Part shown: positions 1-9,044 of the stretch, piece after piece
Numbering within the stretch: position 1 is the first letter of the stretch
Layout: each line of letters starts with the position of its first letter
Assembly: GCA_048938445.1 (NCBI GenBank)
Contig: JBHLME010000039.1
Location: 1-34,727, forward strand
Source: Promethearchaeota archaeon
GTDB taxonomy: Archaea; Asgardarchaeota; Lokiarchaeia; Sigyniarchaeales; SOKP01
Direction: 5' to 3'
Length of the DNA stretch: 34,727 nt
The notes under the pieces: model-generated
The model's database searches: none
What the model saw: the letters and a program-made list of their open reading frames with translations, nothing else
Told to the model about the DNA's origin: nothing
Program-made: the position numbers and the translations under genes

Positions 1-1080
1 AAGAATGGATTCGCTGGTGAGGATCAACCACGATCTGTATTTCCAACACTCATCGGATATCCAAAATACGAAAGTATAATGACTGATGTCGAGCACTACA
101 CCCGGGAATACTACATCGGAGAAGAGGCCATGCAACTTAAAGGTGTCTTGAAATTAATGTTTCCTGTGGAACACGGAATCATTGAAGATTGGACCGCAAT
201 GGAAAAAATCTGGCATTACACCTTTTACACAGACTTAAGAATCGATCCTAGCGAACATCCAGTACTCTTGACTGAGGCGCCATTAAATCCACGACCTAAC
301 CGTGAAAAAATGGCCGAAATCATGTTTGAGACTTTCAATACTCCCGCTCTTTACGTAGCAATGCAGGCAGTATTGTCTCTTTATGCTTCTGGTCGTACTA
401 CGGGATGCGTTATAGATATTGGTGATGGTGTATCACACGTTGTCCCAATTTTCGAAGGTTTCGCCTTAAGTCATGCCATTCAGAGAATTGACCTTGCTGG
501 TCGAGATATCACGACTTACTTACAAAGATTATTGAGACAAAAAGGATATTCATTTACTACATCAGCAGAAAAAGAAATTGTCCGAGATATCAAGGAAAAA
601 TTATGCTATGTAGCAATTGATCCTGAGAAAGAAATGATGCTTTCAAAGAAAGTCGCGGGAATGGAAAAGTCATACATGCTGCCAGATGGTGAAACCATCA
701 ATGTAGGTGTCGAAAGATTTTTAGCTCCTGAATGTTTCTTTAATCCAAGTGTAATTGGTAAAGAATTAGAACCCTTAGACGATGTTATCGTCGGTGCTAT
801 TTCAGAATGCGATGTCGATCTTAGAAGAGACCTTTACAGCAATATTGTACTTTCCGGTGGTTCTACCATGTTCCCTGGTATCAAGGAAAGACTAACCAAG
901 GAAATTAAAGAACAAATTCCTGAGTCGGTTGATGTAAAGATCATTGCACCTCCTGAAAGAATGTATTCCGTATGGATTGGCGGTTCTATCCTAAGTTCCT
1001 TGAAGACCTTCCACAGAATGTGGGTCACGAGAAGGGAATACAAAGAAATGGGACCTCAAGTCATTCATAGATGCTTTTAA
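1..1080 (+). CDS. Actin (lokiactin-type), 5'-truncated by window edge
   Basis: The frame is open from base 1 ([22 protein letters not shown]), so the ATG at 79 is internal. Actin motifs: [88 protein letters not shown]-terminal HRCF. Confidence 0.97.
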   Translation, partial: KNGFAGEDQPRSVFPTLIGYPKYESIMTDVEHYTREYYIGEEAMQLKGVLKLMFPVEHGIIEDWTAMEKIWHYTFYTDLRIDPSEHPVLLTEAPLNPRPNREKMAEIMFETFNTPALYVAMQAVLSLYASGRTTGCVIDIGDGVSHVVPIFEGFALSHAIQRIDLAGRDITTYLQRLLRQKGYSFTTSAEKEIVRDIKEKLCYVAIDPEKEMMLSKKVAGMEKSYMLPDGETINVGVERFLAPECFFNPSVIGKELEPLDDVIVGAISECDVDLRRDLYSNIVLSGGSTMFPGIKERLTKEIKEQIPESVDVKIIAPPERMYSVWIGGSILSSLKTFHRMWVTRREYKEMGPQVIHRCF

Positions 1081-1143
1081 GCCCATTAGGGCAATCTTAA
1101 CGATTTTTTTATTAACACTTTTTTTTTATTCTATTTTTTTTTT
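1081..1143 (+). terminator. Probable terminator of the actin gene
   Basis: GCCC-atta-GGGC hairpin immediately after the stop (1081-1092), a second short AATC/GATT stem, then three T-runs of 8-10 nt. Confidence 0.6.
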
Positions 1144-1205
1144 CTAATAATTCAAATAAGTTTCTAATACTTATTATTCAATAATAATCATGTAATCACC
1201 TTATA

Positions 1206-2645
1206 ATGAATTTAACACCAGAATATATTAAAGAAAACTTCGAACAGATAGGAATTAAAGAGGCTATATCACTTCTAAAAGAGTGTATCGATATCTCAAA
1301 AGATTTAAGGTTGAGAAATGAAGCTTTAGAATTTTTGAGTTCAATTGATTTTAATCTGGAGGAACATTTTAAATATTTCGAGCAGCTTTTCATTTCTGAT
1401 GAGAGTATTGAAATTAGAATGACTGCCGGGAAACTTTTAAGAAGTAAATATCTCCATCATAAAAAGATTATCTCATTGTTAAAATATACTTTACATAAAA
1501 TTAAAAGCGTGGAACAAAAGCTCTTATCATTAGAAATGCTGAATCAAATAAATACAAGGGAAAGCCGTAAAATAATCTTGGATTATACCAAAAATTCTCT
1601 GAAAAAGCATTTCAAAGATGATAAAAAGATATTACCAGAAGAGATCTTCAGTTCAAATTATCAACTTGAAATTTCACTTGAAGTTTTAGAAATTTGCGAA
1701 AATATCATCCTTAGAGATTATTACGTGAATGAACATGGATATTTAGTTTCATTTAGAGAAGGCCATATCATATTGCTTAATTGTGAGGGAAAAGAATTAT
1801 CTCACATTTCAGAAATTAAAGGATTAAATAAGCTTACACAACTTGAGTATCTTGTATTACAGAGGAATAAGATTAACCAAATCGAAGGACTTCATCATCT
1901 TAAAAATCTCAAAATTTTAAATTTCGCGAAAAATGAAATATCTATAATTGAAAAACTGCAGGATTTAAAAAATTTAGTCGAAATCGACCTTTCAAACAAT
2001 AATATTAAAAAAATTGAGAATCTCAATTCACTAAAGAACTTGAAAAACTTGTCTTTAGAAAATAATCAGATTGATGAGATACTGAACCTACAATCCTTAG
2101 AAAATTTAGAATCTTTAAATCTAAATCATAATAATATATCCCTGATTAAAAATTTAAACGATTTAAAGAAACTAAAAACTCTAAGCCTTACTTTTAATAA
2201 CATTCAAACTATTTCAGGATTGGATAACCTTGAAAATTTATCTTGGTTGCATCTTAGCAATAATAAAATATCAAATATAGAGGGATTAGCTAAACTCATT
2301 AATTTGAAGGGACTATATCTTTCAAACAATTGCATTACACGGATTTCTGGTTTGGATAATCAACAAAATCTCATAAAATTACAATTGTCTAACAATAATA
2401 TATCTAAAATTGAAGGCTTAAATAACCTTTCAAAATTACAAGAGCTATATCTGGATGACAATTTTATTGAAAAAATGGAGGGATTTGATAATTTAAATCA
2501 TTTGATAATACTTTTTCTCAAGAACAATAAAATTCAAGAGTATAAAAATGTAGATCATCTCAAGAACTTGAACTTTATATTCTTAAATGATAATCCCTTA
2601 AACAAGGAAAGTTGGAATCTATATAACAAGAGATTTAGATTTTAA
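1206..2645 (+). CDS. SDS22-class leucine-rich-repeat protein with helical (HEAT-like) N-terminus
   Basis: About 11 full 22-aa repeats of LxxLxLxxNxIxxIEGLxxLxN plus a terminal LNDNPL cap. The N-terminal 190 aa look helical. Confidence 0.9.
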   Translation: MNLTPEYIKENFEQIGIKEAISLLKECIDISKDLRLRNEALEFLSSIDFNLEEHFKYFEQLFISDESIEIRMTAGKLLRSKYLHHKKIISLLKYTLHKIKSVEQKLLSLEMLNQINTRESRKIILDYTKNSLKKHFKDDKKILPEEIFSSNYQLEISLEVLEICENIILRDYYVNEHGYLVSFREGHIILLNCEGKELSHISEIKGLNKLTQLEYLVLQRNKINQIEGLHHLKNLKILNFAKNEISIIEKLQDLKNLVEIDLSNNNIKKIENLNSLKNLKNLSLENNQIDEILNLQSLENLESLNLNHNNISLIKNLNDLKKLKTLSLTFNNIQTISGLDNLENLSWLHLSNNKISNIEGLAKLINLKGLYLSNNCITRISGLDNQQNLIKLQLSNNNISKIEGLNNLSKLQELYLDDNFIEKMEGFDNLNHLIILFLKNNKIQEYKNVDHLKNLNFIFLNDNPLNKESWNLYNKRFRF

Positions 2646-3003
2646 ATGGTTCAAATGTTTTACATATTGAATCCTTACTTATATATTTGTTTTTTATTTG
2701 GCAATGAGAACGTTCTTTAATGTAGTATAAACAATTTTGACATGTTATTTGATATTTTTTAAGTTTATTTTTAATTTCTCTCAATTTTTCAGGAACTATC
2801 CCTTTATTGAGCCCAGTTTTGAGTTTTTCAAGTGGAGTAGCAGTTATTTTGCAATATATGATATTCGGAGTAGGTGGATCCCATACGTGAATTAATGGAA
2901 TACCATTAGTACTTTTAGCAATTTTAGGACGTTGCTGACCATATCCGCACTTACAAAGATTTTTTCTCAATAAACTACCACATTCTGGACAGAAATCAAC
3001 CAT
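2635..3003 (-). CDS. Small protein with two Cys4 clusters (N-terminal RpoM/TFS-like zinc ribbon)
   Basis: MVDFCPECGSLL..CKCG at the N-terminus and CQNC..C..C near the C-terminus. ATG at 3003 preferred over TTG at 3012. Confidence 0.7.
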   Translation of the reverse strand: MVDFCPECGSLLRKNLCKCGYGQQRPKIAKSTNGIPLIHVWDPPTPNIIYCKITATPLEKLKTGLNKGIVPEKLREIKNKLKKYQITCQNCLYYIKERSHCQIKNKYISKDSICKTFEPFKI

Positions 3004-3274
3004 TAAACTCAATATACCATAATGTTTTGTTATAATTCAATATATTACTATATGAATCACGACTTATCATCATTTCTTTAAATTCCTATTTCAATAAAAT
3101 TCTAATTTATTTTAATCTTTTATTTAGAATTTAATTCATTGATAGAAAATTAGTACTAACATATTCATGATTTAAAGACATTAAATGAACACCTTGAATC
3201 ATTTCATTTTTATGCAGTTAAATCCTATTATCAATTAATACCTTAAAATTAAATTTTAAGTGAGATCGGGTTCA

Positions 3275-4102
3275 ATGTCAAAAGGAAAGGAGATAGTTTT
3301 CAAGCCACGATTGATAAAGAAAGATGACATGTATGGTAAAGAAGGATACACGCTTAACCTAATAAAACCTAATATCTACCAATTTGAGGCTAGAGGTGCT
3401 GGTTGTCATGTCTATCTCGTAATTGGTGAAAATCTCAATATATTAATTGATACGGGTATAATTTCTAAATTTAACAGTTTTAATTATCTTTTGACTACTG
3501 AAGTAGGATTAAAGGTTGAGGATATAAATCTAATAGTCAATACTCATGAACATTTCGATCATATCAGTTCAAATCCCTATTTTCATTGTCCAACAGCAGC
3601 ACACCGTTGGGCAGCAGTTAAAATACAGCATAGTGACGAGTTGATAACTAAAGGGAAAAAATGGGGTGTGGACTTAACAGATTTAAAAGTTAATATCTGG
3701 CTTGAAGATAGAAACATCATCGATTTAGGTAACGTGATATTGAAGGTTATAGAGACTCCTGGACATACTTCTGGGTGTATATGTCTTCATGAACCTGAAA
3801 AGCATTACACTTTCACAGGAGATACGTTATTTTCCGGAGCAACATCAAACATATATGAATCAGGGTCCATTTCAGAATACATTCAATCACTCAAAATATT
3901 AAACACGTTAAAAATTAATAGTTTCTACCCTAGTCACGGATTTTGGGTAATTGGTGAGGATAAAGTGAAACAGGAAATTGAAGCATCAATCACAAACGCA
4001 GAAATGGAACTACAAACGTTCATACACCGAGTAAAGAGCAAACCATTAGAGCAAGCGAGGCCTCCCCCCTCACTATACAATAGAGAAGAAGATGACTTAT
4101 AA
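3275..4102 (+). CDS. MBL-fold metallo-hydrolase (glyoxalase II-like)
   Basis: LIDTG, THEHFDH (HxHxDH), TPGHT, FTGDTLF, PSHG. ATG at 3275 preferred; GTG at 3260 possible. Confidence 0.9.
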   Translation: MSKGKEIVFKPRLIKKDDMYGKEGYTLNLIKPNIYQFEARGAGCHVYLVIGENLNILIDTGIISKFNSFNYLLTTEVGLKVEDINLIVNTHEHFDHISSNPYFHCPTAAHRWAAVKIQHSDELITKGKKWGVDLTDLKVNIWLEDRNIIDLGNVILKVIETPGHTSGCICLHEPEKHYTFTGDTLFSGATSNIYESGSISEYIQSLKILNTLKINSFYPSHGFWVIGEDKVKQEIEASITNAEMELQTFIHRVKSKPLEQARPPPSLYNREEDDL

Positions 4103-4112
4103 TACAAAAATT

Positions 4113-4733
4113 TTAAGATGTGACTATTTTTATTTCTGCTTCTGCTCCACAATAGTTACAAATTTTTAATTTTTTAGAAAAAATTTCTCCACAATTGGTA
4201 CATCTCTGGAGACGTTCATGAACAATACCTTCTGCAACCTTTTTAAAAGCTTTTTCCACGTTTTCACCCGTTTTTGATGACGTTGCAATAGGATCTCCAT
4301 AAAAATTAAATTTTTTAGCAAATTTAACTGATTCCTTAATATCTACTTGGTTTTCTTCTTTTAGATCTATTTTTGTTGCAATTAAGACTTTAACAATATT
4401 TTCATCAGTGTTATTATCAATTATTTCTAACCATTTTTCAACACCATCAAGAGTATCTTTTCGAGTTGAATCGAATAAGATTAACGCAGCAGCAGCTCCA
4501 TGCACGTATTGGGGAAATAAAACACGATATTTTTCTTCACCCCCAAAATCCCAAATCGTCAAATCTAAGCTTTTTTTTATATCAAGATCTAATTTTTTCC
4601 TTTTGAATGCCACTCCAATAGTGTCTCGCATTTTTTCATTAAACACGTTATCACAATATCTCGCTATTAAACTTGATTTTCCAACGTTTTTATCTCCTGC
4701 GAGTACAATTTTGTATTTTAACATAATATTCAT
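4113..4733 (-). CDS. Rab-like small GTPase with C-terminal zinc ribbon
   Basis: G1 GDKNVGKSS, G2 TIGVAF, G3 WDFGGEE, G4 TKID, G5 TSSK, tail CTNC-x10-CNYC. Start may be 4724. Confidence 0.92.
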   Translation of the reverse strand: MNIMLKYKIVLAGDKNVGKSSLIARYCDNVFNEKMRDTIGVAFKRKKLDLDIKKSLDLTIWDFGGEEKYRVLFPQYVHGAAAALILFDSTRKDTLDGVEKWLEIIDNNTDENIVKVLIATKIDLKEENQVDIKESVKFAKKFNFYGDPIATSSKTGENVEKAFKKVAEGIVHERLQRCTNCGEIFSKKLKICNYCGAEAEIKIVTS

Positions 4734-4839
4734 TACCTAAGAATATTCTCATTACCTCAATATAGAATCTATAAGTAAATGATAAATAAAAGACTTATCA
4801 TTCCTACTTACGTAATATGTTGCTCTATATAATTATATT

Positions 4840-5418
4840 TTATTGATGATTCTTTAAATACTCATCCAAAAAAATTTCGAACAACACCTCATCGTAATAT
4901 TCTGAATTCATATAAAATTGGTTTTTTCTAATACCAATTTTCTTGAATCCCATGCTTTCATAAAGATATAAACCTCTATTATTAGAAGAAAAACAGCTTA
5001 GTATTATTTTCTCTTTATTATATATTCTTTTTGACTCATAAATGGCGAAATCAATCATGGCACGTCCAATTCCTAAATCACGAAACTCTTTTCGAATAAT
5101 AATACCTAAACTAAACACGTGAGTAGCTGCTTCCCATTGCAAATTTGAGAGTTCACATTGTCCAACTATATGTTCTGGAGCCTTTAAATCGGGATTCTCT
5201 GCAACAATACACATTTCGTTTTCTTTTTTTAAATTATCAAACCACACTCGTTTTTCCCAATCTGTTTCAACCGGGGTAAGAACGGGAAGGAATACCGCTT
5301 CTTTTAAAACTTCATTAAAATTATTCCAGACACCTTTTACGTCTGATTTTTTCACGTGTCGAAAGATTATTTTGATTTTTTCTCGAGTTTTTAATTCAAA
5401 CTCTAAGACTTTTTTCAT
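4840..5418 (-). CDS. GNAT family N-acetyltransferase
   Basis: Acetyl-CoA motif FRDLGIGRAMI, plus NNRGLYLYESMGF and G.RKNQF..YYDEVL. Confidence 0.9.
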   Translation of the reverse strand: MKKVLEFELKTREKIKIIFRHVKKSDVKGVWNNFNEVLKEAVFLPVLTPVETDWEKRVWFDNLKKENEMCIVAENPDLKAPEHIVGQCELSNLQWEAATHVFSLGIIIRKEFRDLGIGRAMIDFAIYESKRIYNKEKIILSCFSSNNRGLYLYESMGFKKIGIRKNQFYMNSEYYDEVLFEIFLDEYLKNHQ

Positions 5419-5465
5419 ATGGTAAATAAATAATTTTTTTATATTAAATTGTTTATTTTATTAAT

Positions 5466-5924
5466 ATGGAGAAACAGGAGGATAATGATTCTCAAAAGGA
5501 CAAGGTTGATGCGGAAAAACTTAAAAGTTATATTGATGACATGGCTAAAGGTCAAAAAGCACCAGTTGCAAAAGATTTAGTAACATTAAAGCACGTGGAA
5601 ACCAAAAAACAAACAGTAAGTCAAGAAACAAAGAACTTGGCAGATGCTATAAAAGAAATAGGGGCTTTTGAAGAGAAGTCAGATGAACTTACGAATGATG
5701 AACTAACAATTCTTGAATCTTTTGAAAAAAAAAGGTTATTTTTATCCCGAATTGCCATTATCGTAAATCAAAGCAGAGTCATGATAGGAATGGAGGGATT
5801 TAAGAAAGCAGAATTGGAAGATATTCTCAATAATCTCATAGCTAAGGGATATTTAGATTCACAAGTAGTTAATGAGAACATAGTATACATTCTTACAGAA
5901 AAAGGCGAGGAACGAATTCAATAA
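5466..5924 (+). CDS. Hypothetical protein with C-terminal winged-helix domain
   Basis: C-terminal ILNNLIAKGYL..YILTEKG is a typical winged-helix ending. The N-terminus is charged and low-complexity. Confidence 0.65.
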   Translation: MEKQEDNDSQKDKVDAEKLKSYIDDMAKGQKAPVAKDLVTLKHVETKKQTVSQETKNLADAIKEIGAFEEKSDELTNDELTILESFEKKRLFLSRIAIIVNQSRVMIGMEGFKKAELEDILNNLIAKGYLDSQVVNENIVYILTEKGEERIQ

Positions 5925-5950
5925 ACAGAAAAAATTTATTAAAATTAATT

Positions 5951-6313
5951 TTAGTCTTTTTTTAAGAGCAAGTTTTTAATAGGAATATCAGCAAATTCTC
6001 CCGAAGGGTATTCTCTTCTAAGAGTTAAAGGTAAAATTCTAGATTTTAATTCTAATTGGGCAATTTTTATGGGATCAATCATCTTCTTTGGTTTTTCGAC
6101 CAAAATTGGTGCGCCAAAGCTAATTTGGAGTGCTCTTGCCCCTACAATTCTTGCTTTTTCATATCTCGTGAGAAATATTGACCCAATTTCATGATCAATC
6201 TCAATTTTTGTCTCTTCATCTAAATTCTTGCGATATTTAGACACATCTCTCAAGTATTTTTTAACTTCTTTGTATTTTTTTCTCAATTCTCTTGATTCTA
6301 AAAAACTCGACAC
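5951..6313 (-). CDS. rpo6: DNA-directed RNA polymerase subunit Rpo6/K (RPB6 homologue)
   Basis: LTRYEKARIVGARALQISFGAP, DPIKIAQLEL, LPLTLRREYPSG. GTG start. Confidence 0.95.
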   Translation of the reverse strand: MSSFLESRELRKKYKEVKKYLRDVSKYRKNLDEETKIEIDHEIGSIFLTRYEKARIVGARALQISFGAPILVEKPKKMIDPIKIAQLELKSRILPLTLRREYPSGEFADIPIKNLLLKKD

Positions 6314-6404
6314 GACAAACCTGACCTAAGAAAAAGTAGTTACTATATACTATACAGACTAAAATATATTTTTTTTGTTTTTTGATATAAAATAATAATT
6401 TTAA

Positions 6405-6539
6405 TGCGCGAGGAGGGATTCGAACCCCCGGCCATCGTGATCAAAATCTTAACGATTTTAAGAATTACACGGTGTGAGCGTTTAACGTTTAATGCCTTAT
6501 GGCATAAAAGTCGTTATAGCCAAGCTAAACCACTCGCGC
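6405..6539 (-). tRNA. tRNA-Val(CAC) with two non-canonical introns (28/29 and 44/45)
   Basis: Exons 6539-6510, 6481-6466 and 6433-6405 join into a 75-nt cloverleaf: acceptor GCGCGAG/CTCGCGC-A, D arm GTTT..TAAC, anticodon stem ACACG/CGTGT, loop CT-CAC-AC, variable AGGCC, T arm GGGGG-TTCGAAT-CCCTC. CCA is not encoded. Confidence 0.92.
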
Positions 6540-6672
6540 TAATTTTTTCGTATATTTTTTTTTTAATATTATTAAAAAGTTATTAATTGAATTTAAGAGA
6601 TTCGATGGACTCTAATATTTTATATAATTCTAATCAATTTCTAATTTTGAATAAAATCTATAGTTATTTCTG

Positions 6673-9015
6673 ATGATCATTCAACTAAACAAAGAAGATT
6701 TCATTTCTCATCCCTTAGTAAAACATAATTCAATCATTCGGCGAGCTTATCAAGAAAGTATCTTTATTAATTGCCTAAATAAAAATTCTCTTGTCGTAAT
6801 ACCTACCGGTTTGGGAAAAACTATTATTGCAATAATGCTAAGCGTTCAAAGATTGACTGAAAAACCGGATTCAAGGATAGTGTTTTTAGCCCCCACGAAA
6901 CCTTTAGTTGAGCAACATTATAAATCATTTATAGACCTTACAGAAATTGATCCTGATTCTTTGAAGGTAATCACTGGAACAATTGTTCCAGAAAAGAGAA
7001 AGTTACTTTGGAAAGATGTAAAGGTTGCTTTCATGACACCCCAAGTATTTCAAAATGATATCATATCAAGTCTATATTCAATTCAAGATGTTTCTTTGGT
7101 TATTTTTGATGAATGTCATCGAGCAGTTGGGGATTATGCTTATTGTTATATAGCACAAAAATATATAAACAGTTCAACATCCCCACAGATCTTGGGTATA
7201 ACTGCAAGTCCCGGTTCTACTGAAGAGAAAATTAATGAGATTAAACAGAACTTGTATATCGATCATTTAGAAATCAGGACAGAGCAAGATTCTGATGTAA
7301 AACCCTATATATATGAAGTAGATAATGTCTGGATAAAAATAAAATTGCCTCCCGAATTTTTAGATATAAAAAAAATTCTAGAAGATAAATTAAGAGCATG
7401 TTATAAGTTTCTAAAAGAAAGTGACTTGCTTGATTCTTATGATATAAACAAGGTAAATAGAAAGGATCTTTTGAAAGTGAGCAACATCATTAACCGTAGA
7501 ATTATTACTTCTCATGATGAAGGGGAAAAATTCCAGATGTTTTATGCGAAAAAATTAGCAGCAAATGCAATTAGATTATCGCACATGACAGAACTCATCG
7601 AAACTCAAGGGATTAACGCTTTAAAGGATTATATAGGAAAAAATGAAGAAAAAATCAAAAAAAATAGCGCAAACAAGTCATTAAAGGAATTACATGCGGA
7701 TAAGGATTTTATTAGAGTGAAAGAACTCACTTATTTACTCCAATCAATAGGATTGATACATCCTAAAATTGAAAAACTAAAAGAAATATTAATTAATCAA
7801 TTAAAAGAGAATCGCAATTCACGAATATTGGTTTTTTGTCATTTTAGGGATTCAGTCAATAACATAGTAAGGATATTCAAGGATAACGAGCTAATAAAAG
7901 TTCATAAATTTGTCGGACAAGCGACAAAGGGTTCTGATAAAGGTCTTACTCAAAAAGAGCAGGTAAAACTTCTTGAAGAATTTAAGATGGGAACTTATAA
8001 CACGTTAATAGGAACGAGTGTAGCCGAAGAAGGATTGGATATAGCAGAATGTGATCTTGTAATATTTTATGATGTCGTGCCAAGTGCAATTCGATCCATA
8101 CAAAGACGGGGGCGGACGGGACGAAAAAAGGAGGGTAAAGTATATGTATTAATGGCAGAAAATACTCGCGATGAGGGATATTATTGGGCAGAAAAAACTA
8201 AAGAGAAAAATATGAAACGAAGTTTGAATAAAATGAAAAACTCAGAAAATTCTAAACAAGGTCAATCAAACTTATTGAATTTTATTTCTCAAGAGAAAGA
8301 TAATGATAATGAAAGCTCTCATGAGACTAATGAAATAAATGAGATCATTCAAAAAATAGATGGAGCGGAAAAATATCAGATCTTTTGCGATAATCGTGAA
8401 ACTTCATCACCCGTTGTGAGGATTTTATCATTAATGGGTGTAAATATAAAGTTAGATCAATTATCCGTAGCAGATTATATAATATCCCAGAGAGTAGGAT
8501 TCGAAAGGAAATCTGCACAAGATTTTAGCGATTCTATAAAAGATGGAAGATTGTTCAATGAATTATTAGAATTAAAAAATAAATTTGATCGTCCCATCCT
8601 GATTTTAGAAGGAGATCCATTCTCAAGTTCAAGTATCAACGAAAATGCTCTATATGGAGCAATTGCTTCAATCATTTTAAACATGGGAATTAATATATAC
8701 AAGACAGAAAATCCAAAGGATACGGCAATGTTCTTATATCAAATGGCTAAAAAAGAACAAAAGGAGACAATCTCAAATATAAATTTACGCTTTGAGAAAG
8801 CGCCTCTCGATACATCGCATTTACTTGAATTCATAATTGCAGGAATACCAGGCGTAAATTCTCTTAGAGCAAGAAATCTTTTGAAAGAATTAAAAACTTT
8901 ACAAAATATATTCAATTCCGATATTCCGGATTTAACTAAAATTGATAATATTGGAAAGAAAATTGCCCAACAAATTTATAAAATCAGTAGATATAAGTAT
9001 GACTTAAAATCCTGA
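6673..9015 (+). CDS. hef: Hef helicase/nuclease (FANCM/Mph1-like helicase + ERCC4 nuclease + HhH)
   Basis: PTGLGKT, APTKPLVEQH, DECH, TASPG, TSVAEEGLDI, QRRGRTGR, then DNRE and ERKSAQD nuclease motifs and GIPGV/NIGKK HhH pair. Confidence 0.95.
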   Translation: MIIQLNKEDFISHPLVKHNSIIRRAYQESIFINCLNKNSLVVIPTGLGKTIIAIMLSVQRLTEKPDSRIVFLAPTKPLVEQHYKSFIDLTEIDPDSLKVITGTIVPEKRKLLWKDVKVAFMTPQVFQNDIISSLYSIQDVSLVIFDECHRAVGDYAYCYIAQKYINSSTSPQILGITASPGSTEEKINEIKQNLYIDHLEIRTEQDSDVKPYIYEVDNVWIKIKLPPEFLDIKKILEDKLRACYKFLKESDLLDSYDINKVNRKDLLKVSNIINRRIITSHDEGEKFQMFYAKKLAANAIRLSHMTELIETQGINALKDYIGKNEEKIKKNSANKSLKELHADKDFIRVKELTYLLQSIGLIHPKIEKLKEILINQLKENRNSRILVFCHFRDSVNNIVRIFKDNELIKVHKFVGQATKGSDKGLTQKEQVKLLEEFKMGTYNTLIGTSVAEEGLDIAECDLVIFYDVVPSAIRSIQRRGRTGRKKEGKVYVLMAENTRDEGYYWAEKTKEKNMKRSLNKMKNSENSKQGQSNLLNFISQEKDNDNESSHETNEINEIIQKIDGAEKYQIFCDNRETSSPVVRILSLMGVNIKLDQLSVADYIISQRVGFERKSAQDFSDSIKDGRLFNELLELKNKFDRPILILEGDPFSSSSINENALYGAIASIILNMGINIYKTENPKDTAMFLYQMAKKEQKETISNINLRFEKAPLDTSHLLEFIIAGIPGVNSLRARNLLKELKTLQNIFNSDIPDLTKIDNIGKKIAQQIYKISRYKYDLKS

Positions 9016-9044
9016 GTTATTACATGCTCTTTATTATCTATTAA

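Noticed and set aside
2635-2645. 11-bp convergent gene overlap (another at 12019-12029)
   Set aside because: Short tail-to-tail overlaps are common in compact AT-rich genomes.
6404-6586. 60-aa + strand ORF (MREEGFEPP...)
   Set aside because: It is the antisense translation of the tRNA gene.
6300-6700. tRNA as an integration site for a mobile element
   Set aside because: No integrase and no duplicated tRNA 3' end were seen; the flanking genes are core.
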